A program made the position numbers and the translations under genes. A model generated the notes under the pieces. The model was not told where the DNA came from. It was given only the letters and a program-made list of their open reading frames with translations, and did not search any database. From an uncultured Actinomycetes bacterium (GTDB lineage Bacteria; Actinomycetota; Thermoleophilia; UBA2241), in the NCBI GenBank assembly GCA_963845355.1, contig CAWJRV010000041.1:9235-73234 (forward strand): DNA of 64,000 nt. Direction: 5' to 3'. How positions within the stretch are numbered: the first letter of the stretch is position 1; every line of letters begins with the position of its first letter. This document shows positions 44,023 through 53,930 of this stretch, piece by piece.

Positions 44023-44564
44023 TGCCGCCCGCACAGCTTGTGGCCGAGCCCGCGCAGCCGGCGCCATCGAGCGCCGTCGCCGGCGACACCGGCGCTGCCG
44101 GCGACGAGACACCGCGCCAGATCGTCGCCTTCTACTGCCGCGAGTGCGCTTACGCCGCCGCCGACGCAGCCGGCAACGCCCGCACCTCGTTGCCGACCAC
44201 CATCCGCAGCATCCTCGTGCCGTGCACGGGCAGGGTCAACCCCCTGCATCTGCTGACCGCCCTGGCCGAGGGCGCCGACGGTGTGTACGTTGCCGGCTGC
44301 CTCGAGGGCCAGTGCCACTACCGCGAGGGCAACTTTCACGCGATCGACCGCGTGAAGTTCTGCCAGCGGCTGCTCGAGTCGGTCGGTGTCGAACCGGAGC
44401 GCGTGCAGATGTTCACCATGAGCGCCGCCGACTCACCGCGATTCGTGGCGGTGGCGCACGCGATGCACCGTGTCATCAGCGACCTGCCGCCGTTGCGCCG
44501 CTCGGACGACGACTTCGGCGAGGCCGCGACGGCCTCGACCGGCGCTGCCGCACAGGGAGCCTGA
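44022..44564 (+). CDS. mvhD: MvhD/FlpD-like (methyl-viologen-reducing hydrogenase delta subunit family) protein
   Basis: ATG 44022 overlaps the hdrA stop (TGATG). IVAFYCRECAYAAAD...LVPCTGRVNPLHLLTALAEGADGVYVAGCLEGQCHY is the family signature. Confidence 0.85.
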   Translation: MPPAQLVAEPAQPAPSSAVAGDTGAAGDETPRQIVAFYCRECAYAAADAAGNARTSLPTTIRSILVPCTGRVNPLHLLTALAEGADGVYVAGCLEGQCHYREGNFHAIDRVKFCQRLLESVGVEPERVQMFTMSAADSPRFVAVAHAMHRVISDLPPLRRSDDDFGEAATASTGAAAQGA

Positions 44565-44565
44565 G

Positions 44566-45012
44566 ATGCCGCTGACCAGGAGGGGCGCAGCGATCTTCGA
44601 GCGGCTGCCCCTGGCGTCTCCCCAGGAGAGCACCGGCGCCATCGGCTGCCTGATCGTGCGCCACGAAGAGCTCTGCATCGGCTGCGGCCGCTGCGTCGAT
44701 TCCTGCCCGTCGGGAGCCAGCAGCAGGGGCACGACCTTCGATCCCCTGCAGATCTTCGACGCACCCGTGGAAACGCGGCGTGGCGCGCTCGGCGCCGCCT
44801 TGCGGCGCATAGCGCGCCACGCCCCGTCGGGCCCCATCGAGGTGCCGGAGCGCGTCACGTCGTTTCGCACGATCGGCTACGACGAGGAGGTCTGCCTGGG
44901 CTGCGGCACCTGCGCCCGCATCTGCCCCACCCAGGCCGCCGAAGCCAGGCCGCTCACCGCCGAGAAGATCCACGAACTCATGGCCGAAGCCACAGAGAAG
45001 GCGGTCCCATGA
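44566..45012 (+). CDS. 4Fe-4S dicluster ferredoxin-domain protein
   Basis: ATG 44566, 148 aa. Contains CIGCGRCVDSCP and CLGCGTCARICP. Confidence 0.75.
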   Translation: MPLTRRGAAIFERLPLASPQESTGAIGCLIVRHEELCIGCGRCVDSCPSGASSRGTTFDPLQIFDAPVETRRGALGAALRRIARHAPSGPIEVPERVTSFRTIGYDEEVCLGCGTCARICPTQAAEARPLTAEKIHELMAEATEKAVP

Positions 45013-47465
45013 GCGCCGCGATCACGGACGCCATCGCCGGCGACACGGCGGCCCTCAAGCCGCTCGTGCTGCTCTGTGAATGTGCCGGCACCATGCCGAA
45101 CATCGACTTCGACGAGCTCGCCATGTTCGCCGACATGAAGGCCGACGTGCTGCGCGGCGTGACGTGGTGCAGCCGCGAGGGCCAGGCCCGGCTGCTCGAG
45201 CTCATGGAGTCTCGAGCCGGAGGCGAGGCCGGCGACGGGCGCCGACTCGTCTTCGCGGGCTGCTCGCAGGACTTCGCCAACCGCCGCTTCAACCGCCTCA
45301 TCCAGCGGGGCCTTGCCATGAGCGTCGCCGACATCCGCGAGGGCTGCGCCTGGGTGCACGGCGACGACGTCGCCGGCGTCACCGACAAGGCCTGTCGCAT
45401 CGTCGACGCCGCACTGACCTACCCTGAGGCTGCCGCCGACAAGCTGGTACGCGAGAAGAGGGTCGACTCCGTGCTCGTCATCGGGGGGGGCGTGGCCGGC
45501 ACCCAGGCCGCCGCCGAGCTCGCCCAGATGGGCCATCACGTGGAGCTCGTTGAGCGCCGCTCGTTCCTGGGCGGCCGCGCCGCGCGCATCGGCACGGTCT
45601 TTCCGACCAACGACTGCGGCCAGTGCCTGCCGACCACCGACGCCCAGGCCGGCACGCGCAAGTGCTTCCATCGCAACGTCGCCATCGACAATCCCAATCT
45701 TCATATCTGGCGGCGCACCACGGTCGAGTCGGTCGCCGGCGAGGCCGGCGCCTTCGAGGTCTCGCTGCGCCGGCTGCCCAACGTCGTCACCGGCGACTGC
45801 GTGGGGTGCGGCATCTGCGAGTCGGTCTGCGAGGTCGCGAACTCGGAAGGCAACGGCAAGGCGATCTACGCTGAGTTCTACGACGGCCGCGTGCAGCGCA
45901 CGGTCGATCTCGAGACCTGCACGTTCTGCGGCGCCTGCGCCGAGGCCTGCCCCGTGGACGCGGTCGACTTCACCCAGTCGCCTGAGCTCACCACCATCCC
46001 GGCCGGAGCCATCCTCACCGCCGTGGGTTGCGAGCCGGCTCCCCAGACGCTCATCGACCACCTCGGCTACGGCCACGACGGCGTCGTCACCCAGACAGAG
46101 CTTGCCGAGCTCATGGACGACTGGCAGGAGCAGTCGTGGCTCGGACGGCGACCGGCTCGCGAGATCGTCATGATCCAGTGCGCCGGCTCCCGCGACCGCC
46201 GCCGGTTGCCCTACTGCTCCCGGCTGTGCTGCATGATCGCACTCAAGCACGCCATCCGGCTCCGCACCCTGTTCCCCGAGATGAAGGTGACCATCTGCTA
46301 TCTGGAGCTGCGCGCCGCCGGCGTGGGCTATGAGAGCTGGTATCTCGAGGCACGCCGCGCCGGCGTGGAGTTCCTGCGCGGCACCCCGCCGAACGTGCAG
46401 TTCGACGAGAAGGGCCGTCCCGTGATCGAGGTCGAGGACATGACGGCCGGCGGCAAGAAGCTGCTGCGGCCCGACCTGGTCGTCCTGTCGACGGGCATGG
46501 TGCCGGCGACCGACGCCGAGCGCATCGCCTCCGTCCTCAAGGTCGATCTCGACGAGGACGGCTTCATCGAGATCCTCGATCGCAAGAACCGCGCCACCGA
46601 GACCACCGCCGAGGGCGTGTTCGTCTGCGGCTCGGCGGCCGGCCCCAAGGCGCTCGTCGAAGTCAATACCGAGGCCTCGGCCGTGGCCAGCGAGATCCAC
46701 AACTTCCTGCTCTCGGCCGGGCGCCGCATGGCGGCCCCCTCGACGGTCGAGGCGGCCGCCTGTGTGGGCTGCGACACGTGCATCACGATGTGCCCGTTCG
46801 GCGCCATCGAGCTGGTCGAACGCCCGGCCGACGAGCCGCGCCCCGCCGAAGTCAAAGACGACGGCAAGCTCGCGGTCATCGACGAGCAGGCCTGCCGCGC
46901 CTGCGGCATCTGCGCCGCGAACTGCCCCGAGATGGCGATAGTCCACAACCTCGACGACGACGCCCTGTTCGGACGACTGGCGATCATGACGGAGGGCGTC
47001 GAGCGGCCGGTGATCGGCTTCTTCTGCAAGGAGTGCGCGGGGGCGGCCATCAGCCTGAGCGGCTTGCGTCACGACGCCTACCCCGAGAACGTGCGGCTCG
47101 TCCAGCTCCCCTGTCTGGGGCGCGTGAGCGCGCTGCACATCGCCGAAGCCGCCCGGCTCGGCGCCGCCGGCGTGTTCCTGGCCGGCTGCGCCGAGGGCCG
47201 CTGCCAGTACCGTCGCGGCGACCTGTCGGCGGCCGATCAGGTCAAGCTGGCCGGCGAGCTGCTTGCGGAGGCCGGCCAGAGCATCCCCCTCGAGCTCTGG
47301 CACCTGTGCGCCGTGGACCGTCACACCGTGGGCCGCCGCATCCGTCACTTCTGCGCCGTCGCGAAAGACCCGGACGCCGCGCGCGCCGCTGTTCCGTCAT
47401 TCGTCGCCTCCGCGACAAGCGGGGCCTGTCAGGGAGGTGAGGACTGTGCCCACATCGGTGGCTGA
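45009..47465 (+). CDS. hdrA: HdrA-MvhD fusion protein (HdrA2-like)
   Basis: 818 aa. N-terminal Cys domain (LLCECAGTM), VLVIGGGVAGTQAAAEL, ferredoxin motifs, and MIQCAGSRD...CSRLCC. The C-terminal MvhD-type segment is IGFFCKECAGAA...QLPCLGRVSALHIAEAARLGAAGVFLAGCAEGRCQY. Confidence 0.85.
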   Translation: MSAAITDAIAGDTAALKPLVLLCECAGTMPNIDFDELAMFADMKADVLRGVTWCSREGQARLLELMESRAGGEAGDGRRLVFAGCSQDFANRRFNRLIQRGLAMSVADIREGCAWVHGDDVAGVTDKACRIVDAALTYPEAAADKLVREKRVDSVLVIGGGVAGTQAAAELAQMGHHVELVERRSFLGGRAARIGTVFPTNDCGQCLPTTDAQAGTRKCFHRNVAIDNPNLHIWRRTTVESVAGEAGAFEVSLRRLPNVVTGDCVGCGICESVCEVANSEGNGKAIYAEFYDGRVQRTVDLETCTFCGACAEACPVDAVDFTQSPELTTIPAGAILTAVGCEPAPQTLIDHLGYGHDGVVTQTELAELMDDWQEQSWLGRRPAREIVMIQCAGSRDRRRLPYCSRLCCMIALKHAIRLRTLFPEMKVTICYLELRAAGVGYESWYLEARRAGVEFLRGTPPNVQFDEKGRPVIEVEDMTAGGKKLLRPDLVVLSTGMVPATDAERIASVLKVDLDEDGFIEILDRKNRATETTAEGVFVCGSAAGPKALVEVNTEASAVASEIHNFLLSAGRRMAAPSTVEAAACVGCDTCITMCPFGAIELVERPADEPRPAEVKDDGKLAVIDEQACRACGICAANCPEMAIVHNLDDDALFGRLAIMTEGVERPVIGFFCKECAGAAISLSGLRHDAYPENVRLVQLPCLGRVSALHIAEAARLGAAGVFLAGCAEGRCQYRRGDLSAADQVKLAGELLAEAGQSIPLELWHLCAVDRHTVGRRIRHFCAVAKDPDAARAAVPSFVASATSGACQGGEDCAHIGG

Positions 47466-48645
47466 GTCCGCCTACGAGACCGTCTTCGCGCTGGCCGAGG
47501 ACTGCCGCCAGTGCTACCAGTGCGGGCAGTGCGTGGGCGCCTGTCCCAGCGGCTTCGACCTGCAGCAGGGGCCGCGACGCATCGTGCGCCTGATCCTCGC
47601 GGGCGACGTCGACGCGCTCCTCGAAGCCGAGGACGTCTGGCGCTGCAGCGAGTGCCGCGCCTGCACCGACGCCTGCCCCATGGAAGTGCCTGTCGCCGAG
47701 ATGATGGCCGCCGTGCGTGCGCTGCAGCGCACGCACGGCGGCGCCCGCTGCGCGGAGCGCGCGGCCGCCGACGTCGCCGACAAGCGCCTGGCGGGTAGTC
47801 CGCGCATCGACAACATGGCGTTCGGCGTCGGCATGGCCACTCGGGGCTACGTCCCCAAGGACGTGGTCGGCGCGGCCGGAGCGGCCGCCAGGATCGTCAA
47901 GGGCATGCTCGACAGGAGCGAGCCGGCGACGAACGGAGTTGCTGCGGCGACGGGCAGCGCGGTCGCGGCGACAGGCGGCGCGGTCGCGCCGCTCGCCGGC
48001 ACACCGCTCTACGCCGGCTGCGCGCTGCCCCAGGACCGCGAGGCGCATGCCTTGACCCACAAGGTCGCCCGCGACCTCGGGCTGCCCCTCGTCGAGGCCG
48101 GCGACGCCGGCTGCTGCGGCCATCCCACCCGCGGTCAGGCCGCGGCCAAGTTCGCGAGCGACGAACCGGTCGTCACGGCCTGCCCGGCCTGCGACCAGGG
48201 CCTGCGCGAATCGGGTCTCACCACCACACCGCTCTGGCAGGTGCTCGTGGAGCACGCCGAACGCAGCGGCCGCACGCTGCGCGCGGTGCAGCCCGCCTTC
48301 GTCCCATACGTCGGCTGCCTGAGCGCGCGCGGCCCCGCCCTGAGCTCGCTCGGCACGGCGGCCACGCTCGCCGGCGCCTCGATGCAGATGAGCTACCCGT
48401 CGTTGCACGCCGGCTGCTGCGGCGCCCTCGGCGGCATGTACCGGGGCGCGACCGAGGCGGTCGTCAAACTGATCGCCTTCGCCCAGAGCAAGAACGCACC
48501 CATCGTCACGCCGTGCCTGCTGTGCCGCGACAACGTCAGGTCGGCCGTTCGCAAGCACGGCGGCAACACCCCGGTCTACTTCTGGCCCGAGTTCTTCCAG
48601 GCCGCCGGTCCCGCCGAGCCGTCCCAGGGAGACGCCGATGACTGA
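47446..48645 (+). CDS. HdrC-HdrB fusion (HdrD-like) protein with two canonical CCG domains
   Basis: GTG 47446 after GGGAGGTGAGGA. The N-terminus has CYQCGQCVGACP and CSECRACTDACP. The C-terminus has CCGHP...CPAC and CCGALGG...CLLC. Confidence 0.8.
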   Translation: MPTSVAESAYETVFALAEDCRQCYQCGQCVGACPSGFDLQQGPRRIVRLILAGDVDALLEAEDVWRCSECRACTDACPMEVPVAEMMAAVRALQRTHGGARCAERAAADVADKRLAGSPRIDNMAFGVGMATRGYVPKDVVGAAGAAARIVKGMLDRSEPATNGVAAATGSAVAATGGAVAPLAGTPLYAGCALPQDREAHALTHKVARDLGLPLVEAGDAGCCGHPTRGQAAAKFASDEPVVTACPACDQGLRESGLTTTPLWQVLVEHAERSGRTLRAVQPAFVPYVGCLSARGPALSSLGTAATLAGASMQMSYPSLHAGCCGALGGMYRGATEAVVKLIAFAQSKNAPIVTPCLLCRDNVRSAVRKHGGNTPVYFWPEFFQAAGPAEPSQGDADD

Positions 48646-49369
48646 ATCACCACAAGACAAGGGCGCCGACGGCGCGGCCGTGAAGCCGCCGGAAGCGCCA
48701 CCCGACGCCGCCGAGCCGGTGCGCGTCAACCCCTACGCCGTCATCGCCGAGGGCGAGTTCCACGAGCGCCCGCAGGCGCGCATGGACCTCGTCACCCGCA
48801 TCACGAGCGACCCCCGCATGCACGACCACAAGGACGGTTTTCTGTCGTGCCTGCAGTGCGGCGTGTGCACCTCGGGCTGCCCGGCGGCGCGCTTCACCGA
48901 CTACTCGCCGCGCGACATCGCCCGGCGCGCCTACGAGGGCGACCCCTCGCTGCTCGAAGACGACAGCGTCTGGTACTGCTTCTACTGCTACACCTGCCAG
49001 AGCCGCTGCCCGCGCAAGAACAGCGTGGCCGTCGTGAACCAGGTGATCCGCAGCATGCAGGTCGAAAGCGGCTACGGCATCAAGCATGTGGAGATGTTCG
49101 CCGCCTGGGGCCAGCAGTTCTACGACAAGGGGATGGGCGGCACGCCGAACGTGTTCTTCAGCGACATCGCCGAGGCCTGGGGACCCAAGTGGAAGGCGTT
49201 CATCGCCAACCGCGACGCGCTGCGCGAGGAGATCGGCGTGGGCGGCATGTACCCCTCGGATGCCGCCGTAGCCGAGGTGCGCACCGTCATGGAGCAGACC
49301 GGCTTCAAGGCCCGCCTCGAGAGCCTCGGCGCCTGGGGCGGCCACCGGCCTGACGACGACCAGGAGTAG
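48638..49369 (+). CDS. hdrC: heterodisulfide reductase subunit C-like protein
   Basis: 243 aa. Contains CLQCGVCTSGCP and CFYCYTCQSRCP. It overlaps the preceding gene by 8 nt. Confidence 0.8.
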   Translation: MTESPQDKGADGAAVKPPEAPPDAAEPVRVNPYAVIAEGEFHERPQARMDLVTRITSDPRMHDHKDGFLSCLQCGVCTSGCPAARFTDYSPRDIARRAYEGDPSLLEDDSVWYCFYCYTCQSRCPRKNSVAVVNQVIRSMQVESGYGIKHVEMFAAWGQQFYDKGMGGTPNVFFSDIAEAWGPKWKAFIANRDALREEIGVGGMYPSDAAVAEVRTVMEQTGFKARLESLGAWGGHRPDDDQE

Positions 49370-49394
49370 CGTAGCGACGTCACCCGCGCCCGCC

Positions 49395-49403
49395 TGCTAG
49401 AAT
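49395..49403 (+). promoter_or_regulatory. extended -10 candidate TGcTAGAAT upstream of the MoaD/ThiS-like gene
   Basis: CTGCTAGAAT at 49394-49403, followed by the hairpin GCCCCGCGCC-GTG-GCGCGGGGC and a GAAGGAG SD. Confidence 0.3.
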
Positions 49404-49464
49404 CGGCCGAGATGCCCCGCGCCGTGGCGCGGGGCGCCCGATCGAACGCGAAGGAGTGGTCTCC

Positions 49465-49731
49465 GTGGCAAAGGTGCGCGTCAAGCTTCCGCTCGGCGTC
49501 ACATACCCCGACCCGCAGAAGGAGGTCGAGTGCGAGGGCGCGACCGTCGAAGAGGTCATCACGGCCGCCATCGCCGCCGAGCCGCGGCTCGAACCCCGCA
49601 TCTACAAGGACGGCAGGCTCTACGTGGGTGTGTTCGTGAACGACCGTAACATGCGCGCCCTGGGTGGCCTCGAGGCGCCCGTGTCCGACGGCGACGTGAT
49701 CCGCGTCCTGCCGCCGATCGCCGGCGGCTGA
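49465..49731 (+). CDS. MoaD/ThiS-family ubiquitin-like sulfur-carrier protein (C-terminal GG)
   Basis: Ends ...DGDVIRVLPPIAGG. GTG 49465 lies 8 nt after GAAGGAG. The track start at 49456 lies within the SD. Confidence 0.75.
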   Translation: MAKVRVKLPLGVTYPDPQKEVECEGATVEEVITAAIAAEPRLEPRIYKDGRLYVGVFVNDRNMRALGGLEAPVSDGDVIRVLPPIAGG

Positions 49732-49790
49732 GCCGCCTGCGCCACCCCCGCCCCAGCCTCACCGACGAAAGCCAGAAGGACGGCTCCCCG

Positions 49791-50708
49791 ATGACCGACT
49801 TCTCCGACTCGCAGCAACAGCTTCGCGACCTCGCCGCCGAACGCGACGCGGTCATCCTGGCGCACAACTACCAGCGCCCCGAGGTACAGGACGCGGCCGA
49901 CTTCGTGGGCGACTCGCTGGAGCTCGCCCGCAAAGCCGCCGCCACCGACGCCGCGGTGATCCTCTTCTGCGGCGTGCACTTCATGGCCGAAACGGCGAAG
50001 ATCCTGTCGCCGGGCAAGACCGTGCTCATGCCCGACACGCGGGCCGGCTGTCCGATGGCCGACATGGTGACGGTCGAAGGCCTGCGCGCCCTCAAGGCAC
50101 AGCACCCCGACGCCGCGGTCGTGGCCTACGTCAACACCAGCGCCGACATAAAGGCCGAAGTCGACGTCTGCTGCACGAGCGCCAACGCGCCCGACGTCGT
50201 GGCCACCATCCCGGCCGAGCAGCCGATCATCTTCGTGCCCGACCGCAATCTCGGCGACTGGGTCGCCGGTCGGACCGGCCGCACCAACATGATCATGTGG
50301 AACGGCTACTGCCCGGTACATGAGGAGATGACCGCGGCCGAGGTGAGCGCCGCCCTGGCCGCGCACCCCGACGCGGAGCTCATGGCGCACCCCGAGTGCA
50401 ACCACGAGGTGCGCGCCCTGGCGACCGTGATCACCAGCACGTCGGGCATGTTGCGCCACCCGGCCACGAGCGCGGCGCACAGCTTCGTCGTGGCGACCGA
50501 GACGGGCCTGCTGCACCGCCTGCGCAGCCTCTATCCCGATCGCGAGTTCGTGCCGGCCGCACGCGGCGCGGTGTGTCCGAACATGAAGCTGACCACGCTC
50601 GACAAAGCGATCCAGGCACTCGACGAGGGTCTCAACGAGATCGTGGTGCCGCCCCGCATAGCGGCGCGGGCGCTGGCCGCGGTCGAACGCATGATGAAGG
50701 CGACGTAG
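49791..50708 (+). CDS. nadA: quinolinate synthase
   Basis: 305 aa. Contains ILAHNYQ, FCGVHFMAETAKIL, AYVNTSA, HPEC and CPNMK. Confidence 0.95.
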   Translation: MTDFSDSQQQLRDLAAERDAVILAHNYQRPEVQDAADFVGDSLELARKAAATDAAVILFCGVHFMAETAKILSPGKTVLMPDTRAGCPMADMVTVEGLRALKAQHPDAAVVAYVNTSADIKAEVDVCCTSANAPDVVATIPAEQPIIFVPDRNLGDWVAGRTGRTNMIMWNGYCPVHEEMTAAEVSAALAAHPDAELMAHPECNHEVRALATVITSTSGMLRHPATSAAHSFVVATETGLLHRLRSLYPDREFVPAARGAVCPNMKLTTLDKAIQALDEGLNEIVVPPRIAARALAAVERMMKAT

Positions 50709-50728
50709 GGTCCCAAACGGGTATCCCG

Positions 50729-51013
50729 ATGGCCATGGCCCATCGACGCGACGATCTCGAGACCATCCCCGGCATCGGCCCGAACATGGCCGCCCACCTG
50801 CGGCGGCTCGGCATCGACAGCGTCGCCGGTCTGCGCGGGGAGAGCGCAGAGGCGCTCTACGAGCGCGACCGCGAGCTCGCCGGCGGCAGCCTCGACCCCT
50901 GTGTGCTGTACACCTATCGCTGCGCCGTCTACTACGCCTCGAACGACGTGCACGACCCCGTGCTGCTCAAGTGGTGGAACTGGAAGGACCGGCGCCCCTC
51001 GTCAGCTGCCTAA
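50729..51013 (+). CDS. helix-hairpin-helix domain protein (pathogenicity-locus/Cdd1-like family)
   Basis: ATG 50729, 94 aa. Contains [20 protein letters not shown]...[13 protein letters not shown]. Confidence 0.65.
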   Translation: MAMAHRRDDLETIPGIGPNMAAHLRRLGIDSVAGLRGESAEALYERDRELAGGSLDPCVLYTYRCAVYYASNDVHDPVLLKWWNWKDRRPSSAA

Positions 51014-52107
51014 CGCCACTCGCCCCGCGCCGCCGGCTCCTGCTCTGCCACCTGCAACACCGCCGCCCCGCGGATACCGTCGTGCTTGAGGGCGATCAGG
51101 GCGTCGTTGGCCTGCTCGAGCGGAAAGACCTGGATCTCGGCGGTGATGGGGATCTGGGCCGCCAGGTGCAGCAGGTCGGCGGCGTCGCGGCGGGTCGAGT
51201 TGGTCACGCTGCGCACCACGCGCTCGCCGTAGAGCAGCGGGTAGTCGATGGCCGGCACCGGCGACGAGTAGATGCCGCCCATGGCGATCGTGCCGCCCTT
51301 ATCCAGGACGCGCAGCGCGTCGATCACGAGCTCGCCCGCCGGCGCGAAGTCGATGGCCGCGTCGAGCTTGACGTGTGGGTCGTCGCCGGGCTGCTCGCCC
51401 GCCTCGCCGGCCCACACGGCGCCCAGCTCGAGGGCCAGACGGCGGTGGGCTTCGCCCCGCGTGAAGGCGTAGACCTCGGCGCCCCAGTAACGCGCGATCT
51501 GCAGGCAGATGTGAGCGGCCGCACCGAAGCCGTACAGGCCCAGGCGGCGGCCGGCGGCCGCACCGGGGCCCGGAGGTCCGCCGGCCGCCTCTCTGCCGTG
51601 ACCCCAGGGCACGAGACCCGCGACGCGCAGCGAGCGATAGCCGATGATGCCGGCACACAGCAGCGGCGCGGCGGCGAGGTCGGACAGGTCCTGGTGCAGC
51701 GCGTAGCTGAAGGCCGCGGGCGCGACCACGTACTCGGCAAAGCCGCCGTCGACGTCCCAGCCGGTGAACGTCGCGGCCTCGCAGAGGTTCTCGTCGCCGC
51801 GCCGGCAGTAGCGGCAGGTGCCGTCGGTCCAGTGCAGCCAGGGCACCCCGACGCGATCGCCCACAGCGTACTGGGTGACGCCGGCGCCGAGCTCGGCGAC
51901 GACGCCGACGATCTGGTGTCCGGGCACCACCGGCGACTTGTGCGGCGGCAGCTCGCCCTCGCTCACGTGCAGGTCGGTATGGCACACCCCGCAGGCGTGC
52001 ACGGCGATCAGGATCTCGCCCGGACCGGGCTGCGGCCGCTCGAGCTCTGCGAGCTCGAGCGGCCGCTCCTCGATGGGCTTCGGCTGGCGCAGCAGCATGG
52101 CTCTCAT
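51010..52107 (-). CDS. zinc-dependent alcohol dehydrogenase (MDR family)
   Basis: ATG 52107 after GGAGG. Contains [26 protein letters not shown] and LYGFGAAAH. The upstream part of track ORF 51010..52689 is discarded. Confidence 0.9.
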   Translation of the reverse strand: MRAMLLRQPKPIEERPLELAELERPQPGPGEILIAVHACGVCHTDLHVSEGELPPHKSPVVPGHQIVGVVAELGAGVTQYAVGDRVGVPWLHWTDGTCRYCRRGDENLCEAATFTGWDVDGGFAEYVVAPAAFSYALHQDLSDLAAAPLLCAGIIGYRSLRVAGLVPWGHGREAAGGPPGPGAAAGRRLGLYGFGAAAHICLQIARYWGAEVYAFTRGEAHRRLALELGAVWAGEAGEQPGDDPHVKLDAAIDFAPAGELVIDALRVLDKGGTIAMGGIYSSPVPAIDYPLLYGERVVRSVTNSTRRDAADLLHLAAQIPITAEIQVFPLEQANDALIALKHDGIRGAAVLQVAEQEPAARGEWR

Positions 52108-52214
52108 GAACGGCCTCCGAACGTCGCTGCGCGAATCATACCCACCGCGCGACGGCGGCTGACTCACCCCCCCGGAACCTGCCGAGCTTGGCGCACGTGG
52201 CTTGCGGAGCGCCT

Positions 52215-53024
52215 CTACGTCAGCACATCCTTGCGACTGAACACAAGCCATGCGGCCGCGAGCGCCGCGCCGCTCGTCGCGGCGTAGGTGAGCACGGCCT
52301 GCCCGATGGGATGCCAGTAGATCGGATAGCGGAACAGGTTGACGAACACCCACCGGTACGACGAGTACGTGTAGGGCTTCATGAAGTCGAAGACGCTGAA
52401 GGCGTTGAGCACGGAGAGCACCGTGAACACGGCGATAGCGATCGTCGCCGCGGTCAGGCTCGAGTCGGTGAGCGTCGAGATGAACAGCGCCAGCGAAAGC
52501 GAGCAGACCGCACCGGCGACCACGATCAGGTAGGCGACCGCGATCAGCGCCAGCGCGTGGGGCACGCTCAGCGAGGTGCCCGACAGCGTGACGAGCGGTC
52601 GCAGGCCAAAGGCCAGCGCTCCGGCAGCGAGCGCGACCAGCGCCACTAGAGCCGCGCCGGCGGCGGCGTAGGCCACTGCCATCGTCCACTTGGTGAGCAG
52701 CACGCCGGTGCGACTGACGGGGCGCGTCATCCAGGTCTTGAGCGTGCCCGATTCGGCTTCGCTCGCCACCGACGAGGCGCCTCCCATGGCGGCGATCAGC
52801 GGCAGCAGGAACGACGACAGGGCAAGCAGCGTCGAGAGCATCACGAGCAGGCCGTTCGTGCTCACGTGGGCGACGAACGGCGGATCGCCTGAGTCCTGCG
52901 GGCGGGGCTTCTGCAAGGCGCCCGCGGCCACCACGATCAGCGGCACCAGCACGAGGCCCAGCCAGCCGATGTAGGTGCGCTTCTGATTCAAGATCTTGGC
53001 CAGCTCGAGGCGAAGCGAGCGCAT
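52215..53024 (-). CDS. ABC-2 type transporter permease
   Basis: Starts [21 protein letters not shown] with 6 TM helices. It is a paralogue of the next gene, with the same 269-aa length and a similar [10 protein letters not shown] / FRDPIYWHPI motif near the C-terminus. Confidence 0.75.
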   Translation of the reverse strand: MRSLRLELAKILNQKRTYIGWLGLVLVPLIVVAAGALQKPRPQDSGDPPFVAHVSTNGLLVMLSTLLALSSFLLPLIAAMGGASSVASEAESGTLKTWMTRPVSRTGVLLTKWTMAVAYAAAGAALVALVALAAGALAFGLRPLVTLSGTSLSVPHALALIAVAYLIVVAGAVCSLSLALFISTLTDSSLTAATIAIAVFTVLSVLNAFSVFDFMKPYTYSSYRWVFVNLFRYPIYWHPIGQAVLTYAATSGAALAAAWLVFSRKDVLT

Positions 53025-53118
53025 CGGCTGCGTCCCTTCCAGTGCGCCTCGGCGCGGTCTCGCGGTCGCGCCGCGCAACACGGCGGTCACGGCCCTTGGC
53101 AGCGCCCTTGTACGATCG

Positions 53119-53928
53119 CTAGGTAAGGATGTCCTTGCGCCGGAAGATCAGCCACGAAGCGACCAGCAGCACGGCGACCGTGGCGCCGTAGGTGAGCAGC
53201 GCCTCGCGGATCGGATGCCAGTAGATCGGGTCGCGGAACAGGTTGGTGAAGGCCAGGTCGTAGCTCGTGAACGTGTAGGGCTTCATGAAGTCGAAGTAGC
53301 TGAAGCCGTTCAGGATGGTCAGCACGACGAACACGACCATGGCGCTGATGGCGGCCGTCAGGCTCGAGTTGCTGAGCGTCGACACGAGCAGCGCCAGCGA
53401 GATCGTGCACAGCAGGGCGCACAGGATCAGCAGGTTGGCCAGCAGGATACGTTCGAGCCCGGCGGAGATGCTGATGGTCGTGGCGTCGAGGGTGACGAGA
53501 GGGTGGATGCCGAACACGAGCCAGCCCGCGACAAGCCCGCCGAGACCGACGAGCACCATGCCCACGGCCACGTAGAGCACGGCCACGCCCCATTTCGAGA
53601 ACAGCACCCCGGCGCGCCCCACGGGACGGCTCATCCAGGTCTTCATGGTGCCCATCTCGGCCTCGCCGGCCAGCGGGTAGGCGCCGGCCATCGAGGCGAC
53701 CAGCGGGAACAGAAAGAACGACAGGGCGCCGATCGCCGCCAGCGGCACGAAGATGCCGTTGTTGGCGATCGCGGCGAAGAAGGGTGGACCTTCGCCGGGC
53801 GCAGGCCTCGAGCTCGACAGGTCGAGCGCCAGAACGATCAGCAGCGGTACCGCCAACAGGCCCGCCCAGCCGACGTAGGTGCGCCGCTGAAAGAGGATCT
53901 TCAGGAACTCTCGCCAGAGACTGCGCAT
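53119..53928 (-). CDS. ABC-2 type transporter permease
   Basis: 269 aa. Starts MRSLWREFLKILFQRRTYVGW and is polytopic. Confidence 0.75.
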   Translation of the reverse strand: MRSLWREFLKILFQRRTYVGWAGLLAVPLLIVLALDLSSSRPAPGEGPPFFAAIANNGIFVPLAAIGALSFFLFPLVASMAGAYPLAGEAEMGTMKTWMSRPVGRAGVLFSKWGVAVLYVAVGMVLVGLGGLVAGWLVFGIHPLVTLDATTISISAGLERILLANLLILCALLCTISLALLVSTLSNSSLTAAISAMVVFVVLTILNGFSYFDFMKPYTFTSYDLAFTNLFRDPIYWHPIREALLTYGATVAVLLVASWLIFRRKDILT

Positions 53929-53930
53929 CG

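Noticed and set aside
39707-49369. Interpreting the cluster as the sulfur-oxidising sHdr system, or as a methanogen-type CoM-S-S-CoB reductase.
   Set aside because: No lipoate-binding protein, DsrE/TusA, Mvh hydrogenase or methanogenesis genes are adjacent. The gene order and fusions also differ from hdrC1B1A-hyp-hdrC2B2. The substrate is left open.
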